Shown here in pieces: positions 29,401 through 36,765 of a DNA stretch of 59,972 nucleotides. The stretch lies in IMG/VR virus record IMGVR_UViG_3300043219_000134, positions 1-59,972 of that record. One strand, written 5' to 3'. Source of the DNA: a virus. Its lineage: Duplodnaviria > Caudoviricetes. Position numbers and translations under genes: made by a program. The notes under the pieces are model-generated. The model made no database searches. It saw nothing but the letters and a program-made list of their open reading frames with translations, and was not told where the DNA came from. How positions within the stretch are numbered: position 1 is the first letter of the stretch; each line of letters starts with the position of its first letter.

Positions 29401-31139
29401 AATTTAAAAAGCTGACGGGGGAGGATCTAACCTCTAAAGATACCGAGTTTTTGCATGGTATGCGTAAAATATTCGATGATGCTGGAACCGTAAATGGGTT
29501 TACTGGACAAATAGATCAAATACAAAATTATTTCTCTAGGTTACAAACATTGGATATGATGGATATTTTAAACCCTGATTCTAGTACACTGAGTCTAGTT
29601 AAGAAAGCGTTAGGACGAGAGTTACTTCCGGCAGAGACTAAGTTTTTTGGTAAAATGAGAACAATAGACTTGGCTGGATATGCTATTCAGAGAGACCCAT
29701 TAAGTATTGCTAAGAGATACATAGATGATACATTAAGGTCTAACTATATAGAACCAGCTGTTGAAGATATGGTGGATTTCGCAACTAAGAACTTAACAGA
29801 AGAGGCAGATAAAATAGACTTGGAACATGTTATGTCCGTGGCTAGAAATGCTCGTGGACTAAACGATGACCCAATAGTAGAAATCATTAAGAATATCAAT
29901 GACGAGATTACAATATTATTTGATAAGAATGTCCGTAAGGGTATTAAAGGTAGTATTGAGAAAGGTAAGTTTGCATATAAACCAAAAGCTTTCCTTAATG
30001 GGGAACTAGAAGAATTAACCACAGAAGCTATAGCTAAAATGTCTGATGAAGAGAAGACTCTATTCGTAGATTCAATAGCGAAACAAGGACTACGTAAGAA
30101 CCCAGTAAATAATATAATGGGTATGGTTACTCTAAGCACTCAGGGTTTTAAACCTTGGCTACCTATAAGGAACTCTTTTCAACCCGAGACACATCTTGCC
30201 CCTATCTTCGGATTTGAGTCAGTTTGGGATGCAAAAAGAGACGTAGCAAACTTGAATGCTGATGGTTGGGAATATCTTCATAGACGAGGTATAACTCAGG
30301 CTAAGACACCACAAGCTATGGTTGGGATTACAGGTTCGGAAGGTTTTGTTAAGAAACTGAATGAACGTGGTCTGAAAGCATACAAGCGATCAGATGATTT
30401 CGACAGGGCTGTCGGATTTATGACAGTGCGTAATAAGATTGCGGAATCAATGCGTGTCTCCGAAGCTTGGGGAGATCAGGCTGGTGATTTCTTTATAGAG
30501 AATACTAAGCTTTATGCCGCTGAACCAGCGATTAGAGACAGAGTCCTTAAAGAAGTATACGCCGGAAATCTAGAGGAAGCGACAGTAGTCTATTCAAATT
30601 GGATTAACTCGATGGCGTTCCTTGACTATCAAGCGGTAGCTAGACCAACTGCATTTAACTCTTTCCTTGGAAAGATGTTTGGTCAGATGGGAACATTTGC
30701 GACACAAACTCTATCTTCTAGACAGTATTTTATGTCTAGGCTTAGTAAGACCGATAAAGCACTATATGCAGGTAGGGCAGTTCTTGGTGGATTTGCACTA
30801 AACAGTGCCTTCTCAGCCATAACTGGCACAGAAGTAAACAACTTTTCAACTTTTAAGTCAATGATGTTCACAGGTGGACCACTCGTAGAGACAGGAATTG
30901 CGATTAGAGACATAGCTTCTGGACGAGACTTCAAGTTTAACCGTGGTAGAAATGCCATAACTGGTCAAGTAGCGTCTCTATTTACTCCATATAGTACAGC
31001 TAGAAATATTATTCAAGGTGCTGGAAAATTAGCCGAAGGCGAGATTGTTCCGGGTATCTTACAAATGATAAATGCACCCGGTAAGGGTAAAGTAGATTCC
31101 TCCACTAGAACAATTGGAGACTATCTAAGTAGATTTTAA
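26439..31139 (+). CDS. Large internal virion / DNA ejection protein
   Basis: 1566 aa, last gene of structural arm, hydrophobic C-terminal region. Confidence 0.65.
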   Translation: MADENTIPISFNAKLDYAGENENRFNERITTMVNSGYDTSILDWEYPLYEANQTPTFITSPEDNPILKEMIMAREFMVNPNVKDDPLFQDAYDVFSKRGIKDAAVNATFASAMAHKLGDVIDGNQNSYSLDKLDHDSQKAYAWARATQAQYEPEVFRQSKTGEFLQTSAGLLIDVVSLNQLVAGDMKTVAKAIQTKNSAQANSVFGKAVVEHLIKSVGTKQLPKRLATGAKVLTTAAEDIFVGLGIATRDLMIEDRPEGQAFKEIAMEFGKDFGVGLGLDMAINTLMNVAFPAAKIGGKIFFDWAGRGKNVVKNGDINITKIVEDVTSALRGELDPNNITDLKARGFGETAENLEAAQRRIKAINTSKGLGQNELALAQATGMKLNMDITEIDGGFKIVKHAGTKTKTKTFTHIKDVFKELDNDLMKGLVRNPKDIHEIASTMNDLRVTQRFHGPVTSDKVKLNLGEFTQSVMPKTGAFNARSKNEALRYVKNAINELGEGAQKSLDGLKVELKDDFFKNLPNTNSDELFLPRQIGSAMEQSQYLKYIGDFITNHGTAINKEGLEGIIKTLGDTVGKWSLRDPEWVAKQAATKSIKIQQEDGIFYAIDELGTRSFESEDLLGNYIYSKTITDDEYANFLAKSKHYTVVPDEKAGLIRVLNPFKDTVAIGSSIEDIMAKNPLLRPKYPLETGPRIAFITDNTRDVVLTGDFIESSASGIQKYMDKYADMKITADILDHKKSKKYVNEAGKRVSVNVKKRSWLVESPSTGMKPKIFKSEKELKKFLNTINTPEKTLMHVGAQKGVAITATPNGYIVTKAGLPDQVLKSYNDTLEYIRKLPNQAEMPEALKRSQVYTDQAEAAFGGEFKNIDSKNFSTDQNKAELAKAFEEQDRNFFSKGKSKIGKGLSNIYAYVRDSRSKIFSITKGRPDLIPLNGKYNNIVELTKKVQTIQATTHNSLNQLGKLVPETRRKELGTLLSKELPETEWATQFKKLTGEDLTSKDTEFLHGMRKIFDDAGTVNGFTGQIDQIQNYFSRLQTLDMMDILNPDSSTLSLVKKALGRELLPAETKFFGKMRTIDLAGYAIQRDPLSIAKRYIDDTLRSNYIEPAVEDMVDFATKNLTEEADKIDLEHVMSVARNARGLNDDPIVEIIKNINDEITILFDKNVRKGIKGSIEKGKFAYKPKAFLNGELEELTTEAIAKMSDEEKTLFVDSIAKQGLRKNPVNNIMGMVTLSTQGFKPWLPIRNSFQPETHLAPIFGFESVWDAKRDVANLNADGWEYLHRRGITQAKTPQAMVGITGSEGFVKKLNERGLKAYKRSDDFDRAVGFMTVRNKIAESMRVSEAWGDQAGDFFIENTKLYAAEPAIRDRVLKEVYAGNLEEATVVYSNWINSMAFLDYQAVARPTAFNSFLGKMFGQMGTFATQTLSSRQYFMSRLSKTDKALYAGRAVLGGFALNSAFSAITGTEVNNFSTFKSMMFTGGPLVETGIAIRDIASGRDFKFNRGRNAITGQVASLFTPYSTARNIIQGAGKLAEGEIVPGILQMINAPGKGKVDSSTRTIGDYLSRF

Positions 31140-31151
31140 ATAAAAAAGAGC

Positions 31152-31192
31152 AAAAAAAAAGACCCACTCCAGATTACCGGAATGGGTTTTTT
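31152..31192. terminator. Bidirectional intrinsic terminator
   Basis: A9-GACCCACTCC...GGAATGGGTT-TTTT where the two arms converge. Confidence 0.8.
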
Positions 31193-31200
31193 ATTTGGGT

Positions 31201-31231
31201 AAAAAAAAAGGAACCTTAATTGGTTCCTTTT
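31201..31231 (-). terminator. Intrinsic terminator
   Basis: AAGGAACC-AATTAA-GGTTCC-T9 on - strand. Confidence 0.85.
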
Positions 31232-31363
31232 GTGTTAATTTATTTTCCGTCTAGCAATAACTAATCTAGCTATTAACGTTTGATCTCCCCCGTCTTTCAT
31301 TAGAAAAGGAAGCAAGATTCATTCCGATACAAAACCGTTTGGCACCTTACCTCGTTCGCTGAT
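31201..31363 (-). ncRNA. Candidate small RNA, about 165 nt
   Basis: Bounded by a near-consensus promoter and a terminator; no ORF over 21 aa seen. Confidence 0.55.
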
Positions 31364-31369
31364 TTATAT

Positions 31370-31398
31370 ATAATACTCTATTTGTAAAAAAGTGTCAA
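31370..31398 (-). promoter_or_regulatory. Sigma70-type promoter
   Basis: TTGACA-17 bp-TATTAT. Confidence 0.8.
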
Positions 31399-31411
31399 GC
31401 CCTACTGAGTC

Positions 31412-31840
31412 CTATTGGATTTCATCTTCGGAGTTCCCTCTAAGTTCTCTAGAGATTTCCTCTTGTACCCAACCAGTAATACTATGATTCAGTTGCTCTC
31501 TATTACAAGTAGTCAGATTTACATAAGTATCACTAGGTCTCTTAGGCATTCTTATAGTTAAGAACCCATGCTCTACTCTCTTTATTGTATGGTTATAATC
31601 ACGAGTCTCATGGGTAAAACTTGATCCAATCTGTAATCTATCAAGAATATCCATCAATTCTTCGTATTTACGAAAAGCTCTCTCAGGGTCTCTAGGATCT
31701 GTATCTGTACTTGAAGGTACACTATAAGATATTGTAGTTCCCTCAGCCATTGGGACTACTAGACCAAATCCGGTCATATCTTGGCTCATTCCTATATTTC
31801 TTGATGTAACTTGTTGTGCTACTGGTGCATCATATTCCAT
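31412..31840 (-). CDS. Hypothetical protein
   Basis: 142-aa ORF with AAGGAG SD. Confidence 0.75.
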   Translation of the reverse strand: MEYDAPVAQQVTSRNIGMSQDMTGFGLVVPMAEGTTISYSVPSSTDTDPRDPERAFRKYEELMDILDRLQIGSSFTHETRDYNHTIKRVEHGFLTIRMPKRPSDTYVNLTTCNREQLNHSITGWVQEEISRELRGNSEDEIQ

Positions 31841-31980
31841 TATTTATATCTCCTTGTTGGATTAAAAACGGGTACTCGTTTAGTCTCTCCACAGAAGAGA
31901 CACTCATATTTATGACTCCAATTCTTACCCTTAAAAGTCTTCTTAATTGTCATTTCATTTATACACTTAGGACATTCCAT
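31840..31980 (-). CDS. 46-aa zinc-ribbon protein (not in ORF track)
   Basis: MECPKC...YECLFCG; GGAGG SD; coupled stop/start at both ends. Confidence 0.75.
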   Translation of the reverse strand: MECPKCINEMTIKKTFKGKNWSHKYECLFCGETKRVPVFNPTRRYK

Positions 31981-32138
31981 TAGTCTTCCTCCAATAACTC
32001 GGCTAAGTTCTCAAAGACTGATATATCTTCATGAGGATACTTAGGGTCAGTTTCTATTTGCACTAAGTTGCAAGAATCAGTCGAGTCGCAAAACTCTAGA
32101 GTGCAATGTTTGCATATCTCAGGGTCAAACTTAATCAT
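31980..32138 (-). CDS. 52-aa Cys-rich protein (not in ORF track)
   Basis: MIKFDPEICKHCTLEFC...C...LLEED; fills the gap exactly. Confidence 0.65.
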   Translation of the reverse strand: MIKFDPEICKHCTLEFCDSTDSCNLVQIETDPKYPHEDISVFENLAELLEED

Positions 32139-32460
32139 CTTCTCCCCCGTCAGAGTCATAGAAGAAACATTCGATGTTTGATTCTTTAATAACTACATAT
32201 TGTTCATCTTCGATTTCCATATTGACTTCTAGTACCTCGTCAAATAGAACTCTAACTCCTACTTTACAGGCGTCCTTATTGGATATGTCGTTTCCGATTG
32301 CTACTATTATGCCCATATTATCTATGGAGCCTTTAGCCGGATCGTTTACCATCCAGATTAATCCGCTCTTAGTTTGCGTAGGTCTATCTAATTTTTTAAT
32401 AAAAACTCTATTTCCATTAGGCTGGATCAAGTTTGCTATTGAAGGTTTTTTCTTGCTCAT
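32131..32460 (-). CDS. groES: Co-chaperonin GroES-like
   Basis: IQPNGNRVFIK, TKSGL, GIIVAIG, KVG.RVLF, YVVIKESNI. Confidence 0.9.
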   Translation of the reverse strand: MSKKKPSIANLIQPNGNRVFIKKLDRPTQTKSGLIWMVNDPAKGSIDNMGIIVAIGNDISNKDACKVGVRVLFDEVLEVNMEIEDEQYVVIKESNIECFFYDSDGGEDD

Positions 32461-32662
32461 TTCGTTCCTTCTCATAAAGGTAAAACAGACTACTATTTAG
32501 CGCTTCCGTTAAGAAAGGTTTAATAGTATCCGTTAGACACTCTTCACCATTAAGATATATATCATATATATAAGGCTTTAGGTCTTCCGTCTCTGCAATT
32601 TCAACTACAAACGGCAATGTAACCTGAATAGGTATATCAATTGTCTGTATAGCTTCGTCCAT
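32417..32662 (-). CDS. Hypothetical protein
   Basis: 81-aa ORF with AAGGAG SD. Confidence 0.65.
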   Translation of the reverse strand: MDEAIQTIDIPIQVTLPFVVEIAETEDLKPYIYDIYLNGEECLTDTIKPFLTEALNSSLFYLYEKERNEQEKTFNSKLDPA

Positions 32663-32666
32663 TCTA

Positions 32667-33167
32667 TTACTCCTTATGTCCGACGGGGGAGACTGAACCC
32701 TCTGGGGTTACATTCTTTAACTCTCCGTCAGTCTCTCTTGTATCGCCTGAACCTTTAACTAGGTTTTTCTGCATTCTCTTAGATAACTTCTCAATGTTTT
32801 GAAAGGGAACCTCGCCAAATTGCAGTCCGTGAATTGTACACCAAGCTGACATGTACCATAAGATATCACCAAGTTCTTTACTCGCTAGGAATAGTGCCTC
32901 AGATTGTTTCTCAGGTGTATCGTAATCGCCTCGGATCATTCTCTTATGAAAGGAGAAGAACTCGCCCATCTCTTCTGCTAGTCCAAACATGATCTCCGAT
33001 AATCTATTATCTTTAGGAGTTACATTCGACTTTTCTGCCAACATTTGATATAGGTCGAAGTCTTGAAACGGAACTGGTGCGTTATTGTCTGCCTCAACTT
33101 CCGTTAAAGGCTTTCCGTCAAGCCCTACTATTGGTATTGATTTAATTAGTTCTGGTTTATCGCTCAT
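32667..33167 (-). CDS. mazG: MazG-like nucleotide pyrophosphohydrolase
   Basis: GLAEEMGE, KELGDILWY, NIEKL..R, GSGD. Confidence 0.88.
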   Translation of the reverse strand: MSDKPELIKSIPIVGLDGKPLTEVEADNNAPVPFQDFDLYQMLAEKSNVTPKDNRLSEIMFGLAEEMGEFFSFHKRMIRGDYDTPEKQSEALFLASKELGDILWYMSAWCTIHGLQFGEVPFQNIEKLSKRMQKNLVKGSGDTRETDGELKNVTPEGSVSPVGHKE

Positions 33168-33391
33168 TTTGATTCCTTCTCTTTATAGTTCATATCTACC
33201 ATTATATTTTCCAGTTCTTCTATTGGAATAAGTCCATATTCAGTATCTATATAATTCTGCCCTTCAACTAAAGGGTACATTTTGATACCTTCTTGCTGAA
33301 CTAAAATATCGACAGCTTCCATATAGAGTTCTTTAGCTTTAGGAGTTATTTTCATAGATCCTTTGCATAATGTTAATAGTCTCTCTAACAT
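33164..33391 (-). CDS. Hypothetical protein
   Basis: 75-aa ORF, overlaps neighbours. Confidence 0.65.
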   Translation of the reverse strand: MLERLLTLCKGSMKITPKAKELYMEAVDILVQQEGIKMYPLVEGQNYIDTEYGLIPIEELENIMVDMNYKEKESK

Positions 33392-33693
33392 TTTCCGTCC
33401 TCGTCTTTAAATAGTTTTGAAGAGAAATTATCGTGTAGCCATTCAAAGTCGGCTTCGACTGCCATTTCTCTCCACTGCTTTAATACTTTGGGTCGTTCTT
33501 CTAGCGCCATTTGACTGAACCATCGACCGATCTGTTTGTATTCTTTTAGGTATTCTTTAGATTGTTCCTCTTCATCATCGAAGTATCTGAACCCAAATGA
33601 ATCTGCTTCAAGGGGAAAATGCACATGACTTTCCGTCAATTCAAGCTCCCCCGTCAGAGTTGGATTATTTAATTCTTCTACATAATCTCCCAT
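33385..33693 (-). CDS. Hypothetical acidic protein
   Basis: 102-aa ORF. Confidence 0.7.
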   Translation of the reverse strand: MGDYVEELNNPTLTGELELTESHVHFPLEADSFGFRYFDDEEEQSKEYLKEYKQIGRWFSQMALEERPKVLKQWREMAVEADFEWLHDNFSSKLFKDEDGKC

Positions 33694-34284
33694 TTATTTC
33701 TGTTCCTCTTGTTCGATATCGAACATCTTTAGGTACTCGTCTTGTTGGATTACGAATGTTACGCGATTACCCGATAGGGTTGTGGCTTTTATTACGAAAC
33801 AGAGGGCGAAGTCGTCAATGATGATTCTCATTGTAAGTAGTCCTTTGTTAGTAATCATGTGCCCTGATACGTCTTTTAATCCGAATAAGTCTAGTCCTAT
33901 TATATCGTTGTGTTCTATAAGGATAGAGTGCAGTTTCTCTTGTCGCCTTTTGAAGTAAGCTCTAACTGTCGCTACAGGGATATCCATACGGTCGGATATT
34001 TCCTTGTAGTTTCTTGGTAGGGCTACATCAGAGTGCTTTCTGAGCCAATCTGCCACTATACTTGTATGCTTCTTTTTGAAGCCTCGTCTACCCCTTGTAA
34101 AGACGTATCCGTTTTTCTTCATAACCGAGTGAAACGTGCCTGAGTTGATACCTAAAGATATAGAGGCTCTTACTATAGATTTCTCTTCTTCGTAAGCCTC
34201 AATTAAATCTTCAATGGATAAACCCTTTTCACGTAGGACGTCTCTACTTGGTAAGTTATTCTTTTTTCTATGTTTTTCTACCAT
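33694..34284 (-). CDS. Putative DNA-binding protein with two HTH-like segments
   Basis: SIVRASISLGINSGTF and YKEISDRMDIPVATVR. Confidence 0.6.
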   Translation of the reverse strand: MVEKHRKKNNLPSRDVLREKGLSIEDLIEAYEEEKSIVRASISLGINSGTFHSVMKKNGYVFTRGRRGFKKKHTSIVADWLRKHSDVALPRNYKEISDRMDIPVATVRAYFKRRQEKLHSILIEHNDIIGLDLFGLKDVSGHMITNKGLLTMRIIIDDFALCFVIKATTLSGNRVTFVIQQDEYLKMFDIEQEEQK

Positions 34285-35738
34285 TATGACCCCCCTACTA
34301 ATTCGTAGGTTTCACCAACAGCAGTTGAATAATCCATTTGGGCAATATTACCCTTCTTGACTATAATTTCGTCAGTACTTATCAGTTGTTGTAAGCACTC
34401 GTTAACACTCTTGGCATTTATTTTCTTGCTAGACATTTTCCTCAGTAGCTTCGACCTAGTTATTGGGTCTCCATTGTTTTTATTTGTAAATGTCTTTAAG
34501 GCTTGTTTTACTTTATTTACTGTAGTGAAGAAAACACTTTCTCCTACTGTATCCATAGCCTTGGCTGAACTTAATAGGGTTTTTGCGATGATCTTTTCGG
34601 CTAATATATAGTCAGCCTTAGTTATCGTATGCTCCATTCCCGGCGCATGATTGTATCGCTGTGCACATAGGATAGTTGATAACTTTAGAGTAATTACATC
34701 TTGCCTATGACTAAGACTTCTATCGTCTGGGTTTTCTTCTTGCTCGTCGTCCCACTTGTAGTACCAGTTTTCGTAGTACTTATAGGCTAGTTCACTGAGG
34801 TCGTACTCTCCTCTAGCTCTCATTGCAAGCCAAGCAAGTCGTATTTTTAGGTCTGTAGCCGTCGGTACTCCGAATAGTTTCATAGGTTTAGGAAACCTTC
34901 TTGTAGGTCTAGAACAGTAAACTGTAGTAAGTCTAGACATGAAACCACCACCAAAGGCAGATTCTGGTATCGAATCTTTTAGACCATCTGGTGTTACGCC
35001 ACCGAGGAAGGTTGCATATATATTAGTAAGAATATTCATTCCACGACTTCTAGTCGCTTCTGAGTCCTTACTCTTGCAGTCATACATGTCTGTTAGCTTT
35101 TCAACTATTCCCGAAGAGTAGCTTGCTTTGCTAAGAAAGGTTGCTAATTCGTTTATACATGCAAATATTTTACCATCTGACTCCACGGTAATAGAGTTTC
35201 CCACATCGTCTAGGACTGTCTTCTTCTGATTTTCCATAACCATATATAAAGAGGCTTCACTTGTCTTACCGAGTAAGCAAGGTGTCCTCTTTTGAAACTG
35301 GATAGCTTCATTAGGTATATAGTCCACGTAGTCCTGTACTATGTCTTGTGTTTTCATTATAGCTGTAGACTTCTTTACTCGACCAGCTGGACCGACTAAT
35401 AGGGTATAAAAGTTCGCGAACATCTGTCCACTTCCCCATGCCATCCAAGCATCTCTTCCTAACATAGTACTTAAGGCAGTTATACCAGACCAGAGCCAAT
35501 AGGACGAGGGAGAGGCGTAACCCCTATGAGCTAAACAAAAATCATGTAAAAAGCCATCCTTGGGAATAAGATCATCCCAGTCTTCGTTTTTCCATGTCTT
35601 AGTGTAGTTCTCTTTTCCCCATATCTCCATATCTTCCGGTAATGGTTGAACAGGATTACTCTCGAAATCCAGCTCCATTAAACTTTCTACTGTAATGTTA
35701 GCATAATCCAAGTCTTCTAACTTTGAACTAGTACTCAT
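34284..35738 (-). CDS. DUF3987-like P-loop ATPase, putative replicative helicase
   Basis: LVGPAGRVKKST, INELATFL, LTDMYD, GGVTP, GGGFMSR; winged-helix-like C-terminus. Confidence 0.75.
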   Translation of the reverse strand: MSTSSKLEDLDYANITVESLMELDFESNPVQPLPEDMEIWGKENYTKTWKNEDWDDLIPKDGFLHDFCLAHRGYASPSSYWLWSGITALSTMLGRDAWMAWGSGQMFANFYTLLVGPAGRVKKSTAIMKTQDIVQDYVDYIPNEAIQFQKRTPCLLGKTSEASLYMVMENQKKTVLDDVGNSITVESDGKIFACINELATFLSKASYSSGIVEKLTDMYDCKSKDSEATRSRGMNILTNIYATFLGGVTPDGLKDSIPESAFGGGFMSRLTTVYCSRPTRRFPKPMKLFGVPTATDLKIRLAWLAMRARGEYDLSELAYKYYENWYYKWDDEQEENPDDRSLSHRQDVITLKLSTILCAQRYNHAPGMEHTITKADYILAEKIIAKTLLSSAKAMDTVGESVFFTTVNKVKQALKTFTNKNNGDPITRSKLLRKMSSKKINAKSVNECLQQLISTDEIIVKKGNIAQMDYSTAVGETYELVGGS

Positions 35739-35788
35739 TGCGTATTCTCACTTTTTTAAATAGTATTGTATGCGTTTGTGCGTATTCT

Positions 35789-35830
35789 ATAGTAACATTA
35801 TATTAGTTCATAGTAACATATAACTAGTTC
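35789..35830. repeat. 21-bp tandem repeat x2
   Basis: ATAGTAACATTATATTAGTTC / ATAGTAACATATAACTAGTTC. Confidence 0.8.
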
Positions 35831-35838
35831 TTAATCAA
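35810..35838 (-). promoter_or_regulatory. Promoter for the helicase operon
   Basis: TTGATT-17 bp-TACTAT with TG extension. Confidence 0.55.
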
Positions 35839-36004
35839 TAGGGTACTTAGTTTTCTTAAACTTATGGTAATTTTTGCACCCAACTGCGCTAGAGCGTTCG
35901 AATATCTTATACCCAAATATCTTACACAGAAACTCTCTAAAACCATACTTCTTCTTACAATTCTTACATTGTCCACAAGTCCTTTTAAGTCGCCTCTTTC
36001 TCAT
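35831..36004 (-). CDS. 57-aa basic Cys-rich protein (not in ORF track)
   Basis: MRKRRLKRTCGQCKNC...C...C; start overlaps upstream stop. Confidence 0.65.
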   Translation of the reverse strand: MRKRRLKRTCGQCKNCKKKYGFREFLCKIFGYKIFERSSAVGCKNYHKFKKTKYPID

Positions 36005-36231
36005 TATTCACTCCATTTAATTAGATTCAATCCGTAAAGTATAATCCTAGCATCCTCTTTTTCTTGTGTTATACAAATAGGGTCAGACCAGTGCTGTTTA
36101 TCCTCACCAGCAAACCCTCTAGTAGTATCTATTAACTCATAGAACCCATCTTCATAAAAGGATATATACTGATTACTTAATCCTTTCTTAAAAGCCTCAA
36201 CTGAGTCAGTTTCGTTTTCAAACATATTCAT
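36004..36231 (-). CDS. Hypothetical protein
   Basis: 75-aa ORF with GGAG SD. Confidence 0.7.
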   Translation of the reverse strand: MNMFENETDSVEAFKKGLSNQYISFYEDGFYELIDTTRGFAGEDKQHWSDPICITQEKEDARIILYGLNLIKWSE

Positions 36232-36234
36232 AGT

Positions 36235-36504
36235 TTACTCCATTGGAAGAGTCAGATTAAGACTAACTCCCCCGTTTTCATTTGGGGTTACAATTCGACC
36301 CCTACTAGAAACAGTAGAAACAGGTATAAACGACCGTTCACCGTCGAGTGCTGTTCCGATATATACCTCTCCGTCTGGTTTAAGTTCATACGATCCATCC
36401 TTCTGTCTCAAAAAGGGTTGATTACCTGCAAAAGTTCCATCACAAGAATGGAGCTTAAACTCTTGGAGCCTAATCGGCATTATTAGATATTCCACCTGTT
36501 TCAT
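36235..36504 (-). CDS. Hypothetical protein
   Basis: 89-aa ORF. Confidence 0.65.
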   Translation of the reverse strand: MKQVEYLIMPIRLQEFKLHSCDGTFAGNQPFLRQKDGSYELKPDGEVYIGTALDGERSFIPVSTVSSRGRIVTPNENGGVSLNLTLPME

Positions 36505-36643
36505 CCTTTAGTATTGTCTTACATCGTCCACAACGTTTGAACTTCTTATTTCTAATAGAATACAGAACACCACAGCACATAACTGCATATTCGGCTATCC
36601 CGTAGTTATTCTTTTTATTCTGTTCTTTTGTTTCATGTGTCAT
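36470..36643 (-). CDS. Small zinc-finger protein
   Basis: CCG...CGRC; AAGGA SD before MTHET. Confidence 0.6.
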   Translation of the reverse strand: MTHETKEQNKKNNYGIAEYAVMCCGVLYSIRNKKFKRCGRCKTILKDETGGISNNAD

Positions 36644-36765
36644 AAATTGTTCCTTTATTATTAACTTCAAACGGGGGAGAGGCGGTTGATACTTAGATCT
36701 CAACGAGTACTCCCGAAGGAATCTCTCGATCTGACTTTCTCATTTTGCAGTCTCCCCCGTCAGGG

